A stretch of 64,000 nt of DNA from Octopus vulgaris (lineage: Eukaryota), in assembly GCA_951406725.2 (NCBI GenBank), contig OX597817.1, positions 28,706,001-28,770,000 on the forward strand. Direction: 5' to 3'. Made by a program: the position numbers and the translations under genes. Under the pieces are notes generated by a model. It made no database searches and was not told where the DNA came from. It was given only the letters and a program-made list of their open reading frames with translations. Numbering within the stretch: position 1 is the stretch's first letter; each line of letters starts with the position of its first letter. Shown piece after piece: positions 1 through 12,731 of the stretch.

Positions 1-94
1 TAGTGAAAAATTTGTCCGTGAATGAAAGAAAACGGAAAGGACCAGCAAACGTTGCTGTTAACAGCAGTTTACCAACATCGTCGCACACAAAAAT
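1..94 (+). CDS. Candidate 3' part of a coding exon truncated by the window edge; product unknown
   Basis: Frame starting at 3 is open (VKNLSVNERKRKGPANVAVNSSLPTSSHTK + AT) and ends at a consensus donor AT|GTGAGT (95-100, phase 2). More CpG-rich than the following unique DNA. No partner exon found. Confidence 0.4.
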
Positions 95-419
95 GTGAGT
101 TTAAGAGGTAAAGCTTCCTTCAACGCAGAGTTAGAAATGCAATTATCAATTAGGTAACAGGTTTTAAACAGCAGCGATATATTCAAAATTGGTAAAACTA
201 GAAATTGTCGAGAATAAATTAAATTTATTATTGTTACTGAATATGTTAGTGTTATTTAATTTCCGAACAGTTTTGCTGCCATTTGTTTATATAGTTTGGT
301 TATGTAGTTTGATTTCTTTATCCATCAGTTTCTACTAAGATAGAGATGCGAGTAAAATTGATAAACGAAAATAAAACTTTGGAAACAGCAATGCCACCAT
401 AACTTATGTAGAAACCATA

Positions 420-596
420 GGCGCAGGAGTGGCTGTGTGGTAAGTAGCTTGCTAACCAACCACATGGTTCCGGGTTCAGTCCCACTGCGTGGCATCTTGG
501 GCAAGTGTCTTCTGCTCTGGCCCCGAGCCGACCAATGCCTTGTGAGTGGATTTGGTAGATGGAAACTGAAAGAAGCCTGTCGTATATATGTATATA

Positions 597-629
<33 letters not shown>

Positions 630-840
630 CTGTGTTTGTCCCCCTAGTATTGCTTGACAACCGATGCTGGTGTGTTTACGTCCCCCGTTACTTAGCGGTT
701 CGGCAAAAGAGACCGATAGAATAAGTACTGGGCTTACAAAAGAATAAGTCCCGGGGTCGAGTTGCTCGATTAAAGTCGTTGCTCCAGCATGGCCACAGTC
801 AAATGACTGAAACAAGTAAAAGAGTAAAAGAGTAAAGAGT
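420..840 (+). mobile_element. tRNA-derived SINE, family A, full length with internal (TA)/(TG)n
   Basis: A-box-like TGGCTGTGTGG, B-box-like GGTTCAGTCCC, CCTTGGGCAAGT-type core, 3' stem CAGTC-AAAT-GACTG and (AAAGAGT)n tail; near-identical copies at 31405, 46122 and 49954. Confidence 0.95.
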
Positions 841-904
841 ATGCTTTCAAGGGAAAGACTTGAAAGTGAACGTCAGATTGTAATACTTCATGTAAAGTAA
901 ATAT

Positions 905-1097
905 AACAAATAATCCAGAATCCTTGTCCAGCACTGGATCAATACCAAAATCTGATCAGCTCATGCCAGTCATGAGGCCAAACATCTCTGTATGTTTCAT
1001 CCGAATCCATCCAGTGGTTCTTGAGATATCTTGTCCACAGACAAACAAACAAACACAACTGAAAATAATACCTCCGCTTTTGCTGTGGCAGAGGTCA
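905..1097 (+). mobile_element. Helentron-associated (DINE/HINE-like) non-autonomous element, 3' part
   Basis: GTTTCATCCGAATCCATCCAGTGGTTCTTGAGATATC core, (ACAA)n microsatellite, then subterminal hairpin ACCTCCGC...GCAGAGGT (1070-1095); this order matches the HINE architecture. Confidence 0.6.
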
Positions 1098-1500
1098 TAA
1101 TAATAATAAATTCTCTGATGCACTACCAAGCACTGGCTCTCATGGCTTCTGATCTTAACTGAGTGGAAGTGTTATCTTGTACATGTCTTGTCTTGGTATG
1201 AAAGATGGATTACAGTAAATATTCCACTCAATGCCACAGAGTTAAAAGTCCCACATTCCAGAACTTTTATCTAATGACATATTTCCCTGATTATTGTGAA
1301 ACTAATACTCATATACTAAAATTCATCACTTTATTTCTTTCTGTGCCTGTATTATCATCTTTTCTCAATTGTACGTTGAAGTTTTAAGTTTCAGTCTGCA
1401 TTTGCCAGAAGGCCATGCCTCTCATTGCCAAGAGACCTATGTCGTCTTCACTGGCTCTATTCTGTGCGGAAAAATTTCCTAATTATATTAAGATTCTCTC

Positions 1501-1616
1501 TGTTTATCTCTCTCTGTTTATCTCTGTCCGTCTGTCTGTCTGTCCGTCTGTCTGTCCGTCTGTCCATCTGTCTGTCTGTCCATCTGTCTGTCTGTCTCTC
1601 TCTCTCCCCCCCCCCC
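1501..1616. repeat. (TCTG/TGTC)n microsatellite ending in a C run
   Basis: Directly visible. Confidence 0.9.
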
Positions 1617-1978
1617 ATTGTATTTACAATTCTATATTCCTCCTCACATTCAAAAAAGTTCTAATTTTCTTCAAAATTTCATTTTTTGAAACTATCATAA
1701 ATTTGGCTACGTGGTTACTTCATTTTACACTTTCTGATGACTTTTAAAATATCATAAAGTTGTGAACATCAAAAGTCATCAAAAGCTTCTGCCTGTTAAT
1801 TATCATTTGTTATCAGATAATATACTAGTGCTGATTTACTTCAGCAGCTCAGGGAATTATCCTAACATTGTTATTAAGATTTGAGGTCTTAAAATACTTA
1901 TTTGTTTAAGAAGTTAATTTCCCAGCCTTATAATCAGAGTTTGGGAGAATATTTTCTTCTACAACCTTAGTTTCCATC

Positions 1979-2410
1979 TCCATCATCAGCATCATCATTG
2001 ACATCATCATTTAATGTCTGTTTTCAATGCTGGCATGGGTTGGCTGGTTAGACTGGAGCTGGCAAGCCAGAAAGCTGCATGAGGTTCCAGTTTGATTTGG
2101 TTTGGTTTCTATAGCTGGATGCCTTTCCTAATGCCAGCCACTTTACAGTGTGTGCTTGGTGCTTTTAACGTGCTACTAGCATGAGTGCTCTCTATGTGGC
2201 ATTGGCAAGAGTGCTTTTTACATGGCACTGGCACATGCAGGTCAATCCTCTTCACCAGGGTATGTGACCTTAACACTTCTGCTGTGGAGGATGGGTCTTC
2301 CTGAGTACAGAAAGGCACCAGGTATCTCAGTCTTTTGTTATCTCATCCAAAAGGTTCAGCATTCTGAGGTCATCCTTCAGTACTTTCTCCCATGTCTTTT
2401 TGAGGCTCCC
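1979..2410 (-). mobile_element. RTE-type 3' UTR/3' end fragment (family C)
   Basis: (CAT)n tail, ATGCTGGCATGGGTTGG and GGATGCCTTTCCTAATGCCA motifs shared with the 3' UTR of the RTE relic at 54355-55310. Confidence 0.8.
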
Positions 2411-2711
2411 TCTTCCATGAGTTCTATCCCATATACCAAATTCCACCTAAAAGGTAGAATTCGGTATATGAAAACTAGGAATTATATATGGTATATATGG
2501 TACTTGCCACACAGTTGATATTCTTCTAATGTTGCTTCCTCACTCTGAATATTCCTTCCCATTCTTTCCCTTTGTATGCATGTCCACATATATATAGTGG
2601 TAGCCATAAACCCTGTATTTGCTTCTGTATATGCAAGCTTGGGCAATGGTCTTTGTTGAAGTCTAGCACTTGCCCATTCATGTAAGTCTTCCCTTTTTAC
2701 ACTTATCTTTA

Positions 2712-2895
2712 TTTTTTTCTTGTTTCTGTCATGGTCTGCTGTCATGCTGGCACACTACCTTGAAGTGTTTAGTCAAACAAACCTCCTCCAAAACTTAGTT
2801 TTCCTTTTGTAGTCTAGTACTTATTTTGTCAGTGTCTTTTGCCAGACAAAGTTATGGGGTGATAAACATGCAAACACTGGTTGTCCAGTGGTGGC
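2712..2895 (-). mobile_element. Degenerate 3' half of family A SINE
   Basis: Reverse-complement similarity to 640-820 (TCTAGTACTTATT, TCTTTTGCC, CATGCTGG). Confidence 0.7.
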
Positions 2896-5024
2896 AGGGG
2901 AAAGAAAGCATTGTGTGAAAAGAAAGCATTGTGGTACAGGATACTCAAAACAACATAATATTTATTTGAACAAATGGGCAGTGACAAGTTGTAATAATTT
3001 GAGAATTTAAATAAGAATGGGCAATATAGATGTCAAAAAGTTATTACAATATTGTACCTCCCCATTAGGACTGAGTATTTTGTTCTATCTTTACTTATCT
3101 CCATATGATACAATAAAATATTCAACCTATAGTGTCCAAATATAAAAGAAAGGGGGTTTTGAAGTTATTCATGAAATTTAAGAGTTATGAGCATAATTAA
3201 ATGATTGCATAGTACAATTACTTGTCAAGAAGTATATTTTGGAGCCAAAACTTACCTCAGTTGATGTATTTACTTTTATTTGTTTATATACTTTTGTCTT
3301 TTAATCAGTGGGGAAGATAGTGCCTATTACCCTTTACAGGGCCTCTAAGCTTTATGAGGGAAAGAGGGGAAGGTATCCTCAAACAAGTGACCTGTCCTAG
3401 TTTGTGGATACCAAATATTTGCATCACAGTGGACTCTGCTAAAAGCACCCAAAGACCAAGTGAGTGATAGATCCAGTCTGTCACTCAAAATCAGCATTCC
3501 ACCCCAATTCAGTCTAGCACCTAAGTTTAGTCTAATTTAAATGAAAAAGAAAGAACGTTTTGTAGCTATTCTTTTACTATTTATACTTTGGTAATATTTT
3601 AAAAATTGTTTTTGTTAATGAGCTTCCTTTTCTGACTTTGAAAGAAATATTTATAAAATATAATTAGAGGTATTGGTATCTTCATTATTGATATTATTAG
3701 TTTATAAATTCACAAGGTATTTTTTGTTTTCGCTGCATTTTTCTTTCATTTAATTTGTTTGGAAGCAACTGTTTATTTTGCTAAGCACTTTTTTCTGTTT
3801 CTACTTTCTACACTTCATTTTAATAACTAGATTGTGGTATTGTCATGAACATATGGTATGAAATATAAACTTGTGAAATGACAAGCATATCTTTAAAAAA
3901 ATAAACATTTAGCTCCAACATTAATCAAAGAAAGTAATTACTATTTATTTTTTAATCATATTTTTATTAATTATATTTTCAATTATTTTTGTTGCTCTTA
4001 CATCTTAATGTTTTTACCATGGTACTATTTTATCTTAGTTCTCATTGCCTTTTTGAGATTATATATGTTTTTCATTTATTTATCATACTTTGTTTACTAT
4101 TTGATGTTATTCCCTTGTTGATATTTTATTTATATTTGCAGTTGTATACATGAATATATATATATATATAACTAAAATATATAATCACATCTAGTTTTTT
4201 TTTTTCTGTTTTATGTGCAAATTCAAAATAATTTTTTAAGAGTTTTATTTTATTTATTTCATGCTCAAAATTAGCTAAATATGGTAGTTGAGGATGTAGG
4301 TGAATAAAAGCTGCATTACTGCATAACTTTGTGACTCAAGATATTCATGTAAGCAAAATACTGACTCCCACACTGTCTTCAATTTTATGCTTCAGTTGTT
4401 GATTTTATCAAGAGATCTATGTATAAATTCTCTAACATTTTAAATATATTTCAAATTCTCAGAAACTATGAACCCATACTTCCATATCAAAATAGTCCAT
4501 ACATATAAAAATCAATAATCTGACTCGAAAGTTTTCTTAAGAGCACTTAATGTCTACATCAGTCAGACCATCCATAAGCACTCATATCTATTGCAAACCT
4601 CCTTGGCACACTTTTAAGACAAACAAAAATGTACATAACTTCCTTGTCAGTGATATTTTAGCATCCACAGATGCATAACCTGAAGCACTGAAATATTCTT
4701 ATGCATGTATCTTAACATTTGTCCTACATTGCTAACACTGTCAATGTAGCTGATGTGAAGAACACTTTTATAATCAGTGACCACCTGAACTAAATTTCCA
4801 ACAATATTTTATTGTACATTGTAATATACCATATATTGGTGAAACTAGTTGAAGGCAAAATCATCTTTGTGGCATGTACCTAAGAAACAACAATTATGAT
4901 GTTTCAAAGCCTCTAGCCAGACGTGTTTAACCTGCCAGGTCATTCCATAAATGCCATTACCATCTGTAAATTGAATATAGTTTATGCAGATAATATAGAT
5001 ACAAGTAACTAAGTATTTACAAGT

Positions 5025-5138
5025 AAAACTTAACTCTATCTGGAATTATATACTTATTTTAGAAACCTTAAAGCCATCTGGAATGATATATTTATTTTGG
5101 AAACCTTAAAGTTACCTGGAATGATATTTTTATTTTGC
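5025..5138. repeat. 38-bp minisatellite, 3 copies
   Basis: Units like AAACCTTAAAGCCATCTGGAATGATATATTTATTTTGG at 5025, 5063 and 5101. Confidence 0.85.
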
Positions 5139-5854
5139 TTAACACAGCTGACTGGTTCCCAAATCATGTTTGCATTATTTGCAATCTATTCCTTGTTTTG
5201 GGAAGAGATATTAGTTTAGATTTTGTTGATGATTTTACAGGCTTCTTGTTAATCCAAACCTCTACCTGAGATTCTTTCACACTTTGTCTACCCTCTACAC
5301 TTATTACGTTTTTCTCTCATATCTTTCTCAATGCATCTATTTCAGTAATACTTTTTTATGATCCTAGTTCTCTACTTCCCAACATTTTCATTACCAAGGC
5401 CTCTTTTATCTAAGTGAATCTTCCAGTGAAATTCAGGCTTCTGAAATATCTTCAGACTAATTTTTATAGTTTCATCCTCCAGTTGAAATACATATTGAAC
5501 CAAATAATATGAAACTACATAATTGTATATTCTAGTGTGCAGCCTTTTAAAATTTTGAATGCAGTTCGTTTTCCATTCACTCCCATTGTATATTGGCAGA
5601 TATCTTTGAGAGTGTATGGGCGTTTGTGCTTATTTCTGTCTGTGCATTTATAAATACTGTAAATATAAATGCATGCATTTCTTTTCCACATACCATCATC
5701 CTTCTCCACCCCTCATTCTCTCCATATTTTATATCTATGGTTGAATCCTTATTCTTTTAGCTTTTCCAATCTTTTCTTGATTCATGATTTTTTTCTGGAA
5801 CCCCACAGTCTGCTTATCTCTCTTTGCAGGTTCTGGTGTTGTTGTTGTTATTAT

Positions 5855-6150
5855 TCATCATCATCATCATCATTTAGCATCTGCTTTTCATGCTATCATG
5901 GGTTGGACGGTTCAATTGGGGTCTGGGAAGCCAGAAGGCTGCACCAGGCCCAGTCTGATCTGGCAATGTTTCTACGGCTGGATGCCCTTCCTAATGCCAA
6001 CCACTCCGTGAGTGTAGTGGGTGCTTTTTATGTGCCACCAGCACAGGTGCCAGACGGAGCTGGCAAGCGGCCACAGTCGGATGGTGCTTTTTACGTACCA
6101 CCGGCATGGGGGCCAGCCGAGGCTGGCAACGGCCACGATCGGGTGGTGCT
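5855..6150 (-). mobile_element. RTE-tail element (family C) with internal tandem units
   Basis: (CAT)n tail, CTACGGCTGGATGCCCTTCCTAATGCCAACCAC, repeated GTGCTTTTTA(T/C)GT..CACC. Confidence 0.85.
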
Positions 6151-6777
6151 AGCTTATTTTACTAGGTAAGATGGAAAGTGTCAGCTTGCACAATTTCTGC
6201 AATAACTGTTTCTATCTCTCTACATGTGCAAGTTCTGCTTATCTTGCACACACTTTCACATGTGCATTTCCCATGTGACATTGGAATACTGTTAACTTAT
6301 CATTTTACATCTGATTTTCTATGCTGGCATGGGTTTGATGGCTCTCACAGCATTTCAACACTTGCCATCCAGGCTGGACATACTGTATTGCAGTTGAGAA
6401 TTCATCTACAATAAGATTGTTGAAACCTCACATATTAGATGTCATACCTAAATGTTTCTTCCTTAATTTTTTTTACTACTGGATAGTTTTCTTATCACAA
6501 ACTATCACATACTGAGCACATTTTTCCATGTCCCTGGTTCCAGAGAGAGAGGCTCTTTATAAAGAACACTTAAGAATAACATCTAACCACTTTATAATAT
6601 AGATTGGATGCATTTTATTGCATAGCGTCAATGCTAGAGAGATTGCCCCTAGAAGGACCAAAAAGTCCCATCTATCATGTTTATTATTTATTGCTCTGTG
6701 CATGTAAGCAAAAGCAGAGTATTGTAATCACTCGTTTTATTTATTTTGAGTTCTATGGATAAGAGTTGTTTCATATA

Positions 6778-7008
6778 TATTTCTTTACTACCCACAAGGG
6801 GCTAAACACAGAGGGGTCAAACAAGGACAGACAAACGGATTAAGTCGATTACATCGACCCCAGTGCGTAACTGGTACTTGATTTATCGACCCCGAAAGGA
6901 TGAAAGGTAAAGTCGACCTCGGCGGAATTTGAACTTAGAATGTAACGACTGACGAAATACGGCTACGCATTTCGCCCGGTATGCTAACGTTTCTGCCAGC
7001 TCGCTGCC
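6778..7008 (-). mobile_element. tRNA-derived SINE, family B, young copy
   Basis: Reverse complement of the copy at 25961-26188; central CCTTTCATCCTTTCGGGGTCGATAAA block (resembles the Meta/MESC-type domain, from memory); TSD TTTCATATATAT at 6769 and 7011. Confidence 0.9.
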
Positions 7009-7329
7009 TTTTTCATATATATGAGTGTTTGTTTGTGTGTGTGTGTAGAAAGGGATAGATAGGTTGATAAACAGAGGGAGTGCTAATGTTGGGTCTGTAG
7101 AGACAAGACTAGTAGAGGAGGTGGGGGCCCGGTTACACTGGACAGTGACTGAAGTAGTCACTGTGACACAGAAGTATGCAGTGCATCAGAAAATTTAGAA
7201 GCATGATTATTTTAATTTTCCTGCTTTATTATGGAAAGAATTACTATTACATGCAATCTAAAAGGTCAAAGGACATGCCACAACCACTAATTCACAGATG
7301 CTTTGGTTCTTCTTTCAATCTCCTTTTCT

Positions 7330-7590
7330 AATAGTAATTTATGTTTTTCTGAACCTACCAAATGTATGACCTCTCTTCTGACCTGCTGGATGCATCCAAT
7401 TCTCTTTGCATCATCCTACAGTTTTCCATTCCTCCTCTTGGAATCTGCACTAAGCACTTTGCTCAAGTATTCCTCCCCAGAGATGCAGCTGTTCAGAACT
7501 GCCCTCATTTCCATGACTTTTAAGCTGGCATTAACCCACAAGAGTTCAAACTGTATATTAATCACATTGATCTCAACAGTCTAGGTGCTG
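7330..7590 (+). mobile_element. Decayed 3' end of a CR1/Jockey-group LINE ORF2
   Basis: Translates as CTKHFAQVFLPRDAAVQNCP, resembling the RT...SFFPRT...WNSLP C-terminal motif; similar to 18830-18950. Confidence 0.45.
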
Positions 7591-7955
7591 CCCTTCTTCC
7601 TCTAATTAATTAATTATGTAATAAATATACACTTGTATCAAAAGAAGGATGAAAATTAATCTAAAAGATGTAAAAACAAAAATTGCTCAGGAACAAAATA
7701 AAATCATTTAGCTTAGTAACCTCTTCTATATTTATTATTTAATAACTATTTAAAACAAGCTATTAATTATTTTCTTTGTTCAATATTGATAATTTTTATC
7801 CAGTTGTTAACTGTATATTTCTTTGAATATATTTTTAGGTCAGCTCAACTTTTCAAAGTTTGGTGCATATTTTATTGAGTTGCTTTCTGCTATCAAAAAT
7901 ATTATAATAGAAACATTATTAGCACATACACACACACACACATGCACGCTTCTGA

Positions 7956-7989
<34 letters not shown>

Positions 7990-9819
7990 TAGAAGAAAAT
8001 GTTACAATTCCTGTTGAAATAGTTTTACAATGTTTTTCTGACAACTTTTATTCATTTTTTTTCTTTTTTTTTGGAATGGCTAGAATGAAGGTTTATAAAA
8101 TGTAGATTTATTCCAAATTCATCTTTGGTGTATTTTTGAAAAGTAAATGCATCAAATATATTTAATAAAATGAAGAAAAAAAAAAGAGAGTGAGAAAATA
8201 ATTGAAAGAAATTGTTTGCCTGAATGATTTATGATTTTCTTCTCTATTCTTTCTCACCTCCGAATTTTTATGTTAGAAATAACCTTCTTTTGAAAATGAT
8301 TTATAGTTGATAATCTACATTCTGATGTTTCCTTTTCAATCTTTATTATTTATAATTATATGTTGAAGGGATATGCCTGTGTTTGTGTATGTGCTCATGT
8401 GTCACTTTGTGTGTCTATGCACACATAAGCACACACGTAGACATATTGAAAACTTTGATTAAAAATTGCTCTTACCCCACTTTCTTTTTCTATTACTTTT
8501 TTTCTCTATTTATTGATAGGTACCTATTTTCTTGCTTTATCTTATCAACATCAATTATATTGTTGCTTTGGATATATTTGTTTTTGTTTTCGTATTGGAT
8601 TGTATGTATGTATCTAAGTATATATGTACTTGTGTGTCAATGTTTAAAATAAAAATTTATGTTGAATGCTTTTTTTTAAATTCTCATGGAAGAAATACAC
8701 TATTATATATATATGTATATATATATATATATAAGCATTATTGAAGGCAGCACCTGATAATAATGGTTTATATATTTATGCGTTTTTCAATTCTTTCACT
8801 TATTCTTCATACATGTGTATATGAACATGCACAATGATATTACTGCTGCTTTTGAAATGGTTGACGTTTGGGAGGAAACAATTTCAGGATTTAAGAGATT
8901 TTGCAATCTTTACGAAAAAAACAGAAAATGTATATATCTTATATATTTACAAAAGACCTTTACACTCTAAATTAAAAATGACTGGCAGATGATTGAGTTA
9001 GAAATTTACATGGAATAAAACATTTCCATAAATTCATTGCATACATTTTGTTTAAGTTATAAGCTTACCATGATACTCTACTATTATTGCTTGTCACAAG
9101 ACTAGCCATCATTACTCTTTTACTTTTCTTTTTTTTTTGTACACTGGATTCCTTTGTAGATAGGTAAAATCTGGAAAAGTAGTTTTGACCATAATTAGTC
9201 TGTAAAAGAATGTGTTTAATTTTATCCACTATGAGGAATATGTATCATTTCAAGCAAGAACTAGATAACTGTTTTCTATTACATACACACACACACACAT
9301 GTGCACGGGTGTACAGATGCTAGGAATTCATTTGAAATTAAATCAGTATTACATTTGTGATGGACAAAATGAACTATAGATAGACATTCCACTCTGTAAA
9401 TTTGACTTTCAACTACAAACACTAAATCATTTCTAAATGTTTGGTTACTCAAGATTAAAAGAAAATTTGATAAAAATCAAATTGCACAAAACCATTGTAG
9501 GAAATCACAAAAAACAACAACAAAAATAATGACTCCAAAGCTGTCCTCATCAAATAATCTCTAAAAAAAATCAATATAAAATAATGATTATTTTTGTAGA
9601 CTTCTTTTGCAGGTATGCATTATTTTATATATATACTTACTCATGCATGCATACACACATTCACACAAGATTACCTTAATACAGGGATCTAGAAGATTCT
9701 TTCTTCACTCAATGATGAAGTCAATATATTAAAATCTTGAGTAGAGTATTTATTTAGTTGAATACACCTAAAGATTGCATGAAAATTTCAAACCATTTGG
9801 CAACTTTATAGAAACCTAT

Positions 9820-10035
9820 AGTGTGTGTGTATGTGCGTGTGCACATGCACTTTACTTTTCTCACTGTCTGCAACCACTGCTGGTTTGTTTGCATTCCTGT
9901 TTGTGGTTTAGCAAAAGAATACTGATAGAATAAATATCAAGTTTAATATTAGTACTTGAAGTGATTTGATTGGTTACACCTTTTAAAGTAGTGTCTCAGC
10001 TTGGCCACAGTCCAATGACTGAAGCAAGTGAAAGG
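9820..10035 (+). mobile_element. Degenerate 3' half of family A SINE
   Basis: (TG)n then GCAAAAGA..TGATAGAATAAATA and CAGCTTGGCCACAGTCCAATGACTGAAGCAAG. Confidence 0.75.
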
Positions 10036-10791
10036 ATATATATAGAAAAAAAAGGGGGTTAGAGTGGATATATTTAATGTGTGGAACATTGAAGTACTGA
10101 CAACATGAATGTTCTACATCTAATGTCTGTGTGTTTCACCATGTGTGAAACTGAAAAAAAAAAAAACCCAAAAAACATTAGTTAAGTTTTCAGGTGGTGA
10201 AGTGATCTTTAGAAAAAATTACTAATTATGAGTTATTGACAAATATCATTTTTCTTTATCGGTTGTCACATTTTTGTGGACAAAATGTCTTTCAGTATTT
10301 TGTTTCATCCCTTATATTCTGAGCTGGAAATTCACCAAGGCTGAATTTGCCTTGCATTCTTTTGAGGCCAATAAACCACTGTATTGGTCAAATATTGCAG
10401 TTGGTTTATTAACTAATACTGGTGTCCACCAGGCTTCTTGAAGCTAGTAACAATACCTGCTAATGATGAGCAAATTTTCTTGGAGCTCCTTGCACTTTAA
10501 GGGCAAATGGGAGAGTACAATCCAACAATCATAATATTCACGTGAGGAACAGCAACACCAGATATTATTGGCTTTGGGAAATAGTTTGTCAGATGTAAAT
10601 CAACAGAAGCAGCAGCTACAAATCTCTAAGGGGTCACTCACTAATTCAGTGCATTTACAATGGTCACACTGACAAGGGAACATGTAATACAACTTGTGTG
10701 AAATAGATAACATGGAGTGTTTTTGTTTGAGTGCATTGGTTTATTGGTTTTCTTATCAATGTTTACATCTTTTGCCGATGTATAATTTATA

Positions 10792-11048
10792 CAGTTTCCT
10801 TTTACCAAAATCACTCACAAAGCATCAATTGGCTGGAGGCTATAGTGGAAGACATTTGCCCAAGTTGTTTTGAAGTAGCTCTGAAACTGAGACTATGTGA
10901 TTGCAAAGTGAAATTCTTAACCTCCACTACCATTCCTGCACTTTACATACATACATACATACATACATACAATGTGTGTATTTATTTATCTATTTATCTA
11001 TCTATCTGTATGTCTGTCTGTCTATCTTTCTATCTACCTATTTATCTT

Positions 11049-11081
<33 letters not shown>

Positions 11082-11096
11082 ACACACATACACACA
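10792..11096 (-). mobile_element. Family A SINE head relic plus adjacent (TACA)n/(TATC)n microsatellite
   Basis: CAGTTTCC..TACCAAAATCACTCACAAAGC..GAGGCTATAGTGGAAGACATTTGCCCAAG is the reverse complement of the family A head. Confidence 0.75.
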
Positions 11097-11102
11097 TAAA
11101 AC

Positions 11103-11420
11103 CTTGGTGCCACATAAAACATGCTGGTGCTATCTAAAAAGTACTGGTGCCTTGTAAAAAAAAAAGGTGCTGGTGCCATGTAAAGATATTGGTGCTGGTA
11201 CCATCTAAAAAGTACTGGTACTGGAGTTGCATAGAAAGCACTGGTGCTGGTAACATCTAAAAAACATTGTACACTCAGTAAAATAGTTGGCTTTAGGAAA
11301 AGCATCTGGCTTTAGTACTTGAAGACAGACTACAGAATCTAGTGTGGCCCCTGGCCTTGCCAGCTCCTGTCAAGCCATCCAACCCATGTGAGCATGGAAA
11401 AGGGACATTCAATGATGATG
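11103..11420 (+). mobile_element. RTE-tail element (family C) with ~20-26-bp tandem units
   Basis: Repeated CTGGTGC...TAAAAAG(T/C)A units followed by CCATCCAACCCATG.GAGCATGGAAA and (GAT)n tail. Confidence 0.8.
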
Positions 11421-11662
11421 AATATTTTCCTGGTGAGCATTATATGAAATTGAAAACTTGGAATAATGATGTATCTCAACTTTGATTTAAAATAATGAAT
11501 GAACCATAGTCTCCTTTCTTGTTTACAAAGCCCATTATACACACATGCGCATGCATACAAACACCCAATAGACACACATACAACATATCTGTATGTGTGC
11601 GAATGTAGATTTGTCTTTGTGATACTATCTGTACATGTAAATACTTATGAACAAGAGGAGTA

Positions 11663-11825
11663 AAAACCCCTCTTCGGTCATGAATGACCATAAGATTGTA
11701 CCTATAAAGTTCCCTTCTGAGGCACAAGTCTGGGCAAGGTTGTTTTATGGAAGACCAGCAGTCACCCATGTATACCGGCCTCCCTTCTCCATGCCACCAA
11801 TGTTATCCAAGGGAAAAGTAAAGGC
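11663..11825 (-). mobile_element. 3' fragment of SINE family E
   Basis: Reverse complement of ~50950-51105 (GGTCATGAATGAC, TCTGAGGCACAAGTCTGGGCA). Confidence 0.8.
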
Positions 11826-12484
11826 TGGTACATTTTGGCCTTGTGCCAAAATTCTAAAACAATAATTTCTAATATTTATTTATTTTATTTTCTCTTCCTT
11901 TACTGAGAAATTTGTCAGACATTTCGTTAATAATCTTAACTTTCCTCCGTTGTTTCCTCTATCAATGTATTTTTATTCTCACCCACTTTCTCTCTCCCTC
12001 ACTCCCTCTAACCTTTTTTATCTCTCCTATGTTACCCTCTTTTATTCTGTTGTGTTCCCTTTCTCCTTCTATATACTTATTCTTTTCTTTTGTATTATTT
12101 CTCCTCTCTTATTTTTATAATCATCTTTTCTCTCAAATTTATTTTGATCTCTTTCACTTATTTTTGATACTTACTGTAGTATATTTTATCAATTTAGGTC
12201 CATTTGTTTCCTTTCTTTTCTTCCAATTTTCCCCTCAGCACTTCTTTTTGTTTAGTTTTAGGGTATGTATTGTTGTCTGGCTAGTCTCTACTTGTCATAA
12301 GTGCTTTAGAATTGACTCTATATCTAATGGTGACATACTTGAACATACAATATCACCATACACTCACACTCACAAGTTCTGCTATATGCATACATATATG
12401 TTTGCAAAATAGATTCAGTTTATATCATACATTCATGTGTTCAGATGTTAAGATTTAAGCACATATAGTTTCTCTAAGCCCTAT

Positions 12485-12731
12485 AAAAGAAATCAGAAAG
12501 TTGGTCCTCCAGCCAGGCCTTCCATGATACCCTTAAAGCCAGGAACTTTTCAACACTCCCTCATATATGTATGTATATATCGCCATCATCATCGATGATG
12601 TTAATTTTATGTATATAGCAACAAGTTAATTTTATGTATATAGCAACCAAGTAGCAACACCAAATGGCGGTGCCCCAGCATGGCCACAGCTCATGAGCTG
12701 AAACTAGAATCAATCAATCAATCAATCAATC
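12485..12731 (+). mobile_element. 3' end of a non-LTR element whose tail resembles the family A SINE tail
   Basis: GGCGGTGCCCCAGCATGGCCACAG + stem-loop + (AATC)n tail; includes a 25-bp tandem duplication at ~12600-12650. The 5' boundary is uncertain. Confidence 0.55.

Noticed and set aside
420-500. tRNA-like sequence with A and B boxes
   Set aside because: It is a SINE head: followed by SINE body in every copy, with no complete cloverleaf or Pol III terminator.
318-815. ORFs of 95-165 aa recurring near 31.3-31.9, 46.1 and 49.9-50.4 kb
   Set aside because: Incidental reading frames through family A SINE copies, not a gene family.
1730-1790. CTGATGA within an 11-bp inverted repeat (TGATGACTTTT/AAAAGTCATCA)
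   Set aside because: No GAAA box or stem I/III arrangement; not a hammerhead and too short to call a miRNA precursor.
11103-11270. Repeat-spacer-like array resembling CRISPR
   Set aside because: Degenerate units with irregular short spacing inside an RTE-type UTR in eukaryotic DNA; no cas genes.
11912-12412. Hydrophobic 108-166 aa ORFs here and at 47191 and 49028 that look like membrane proteins
   Set aside because: F/L/S richness simply reflects pyrimidine-rich low-complexity DNA.
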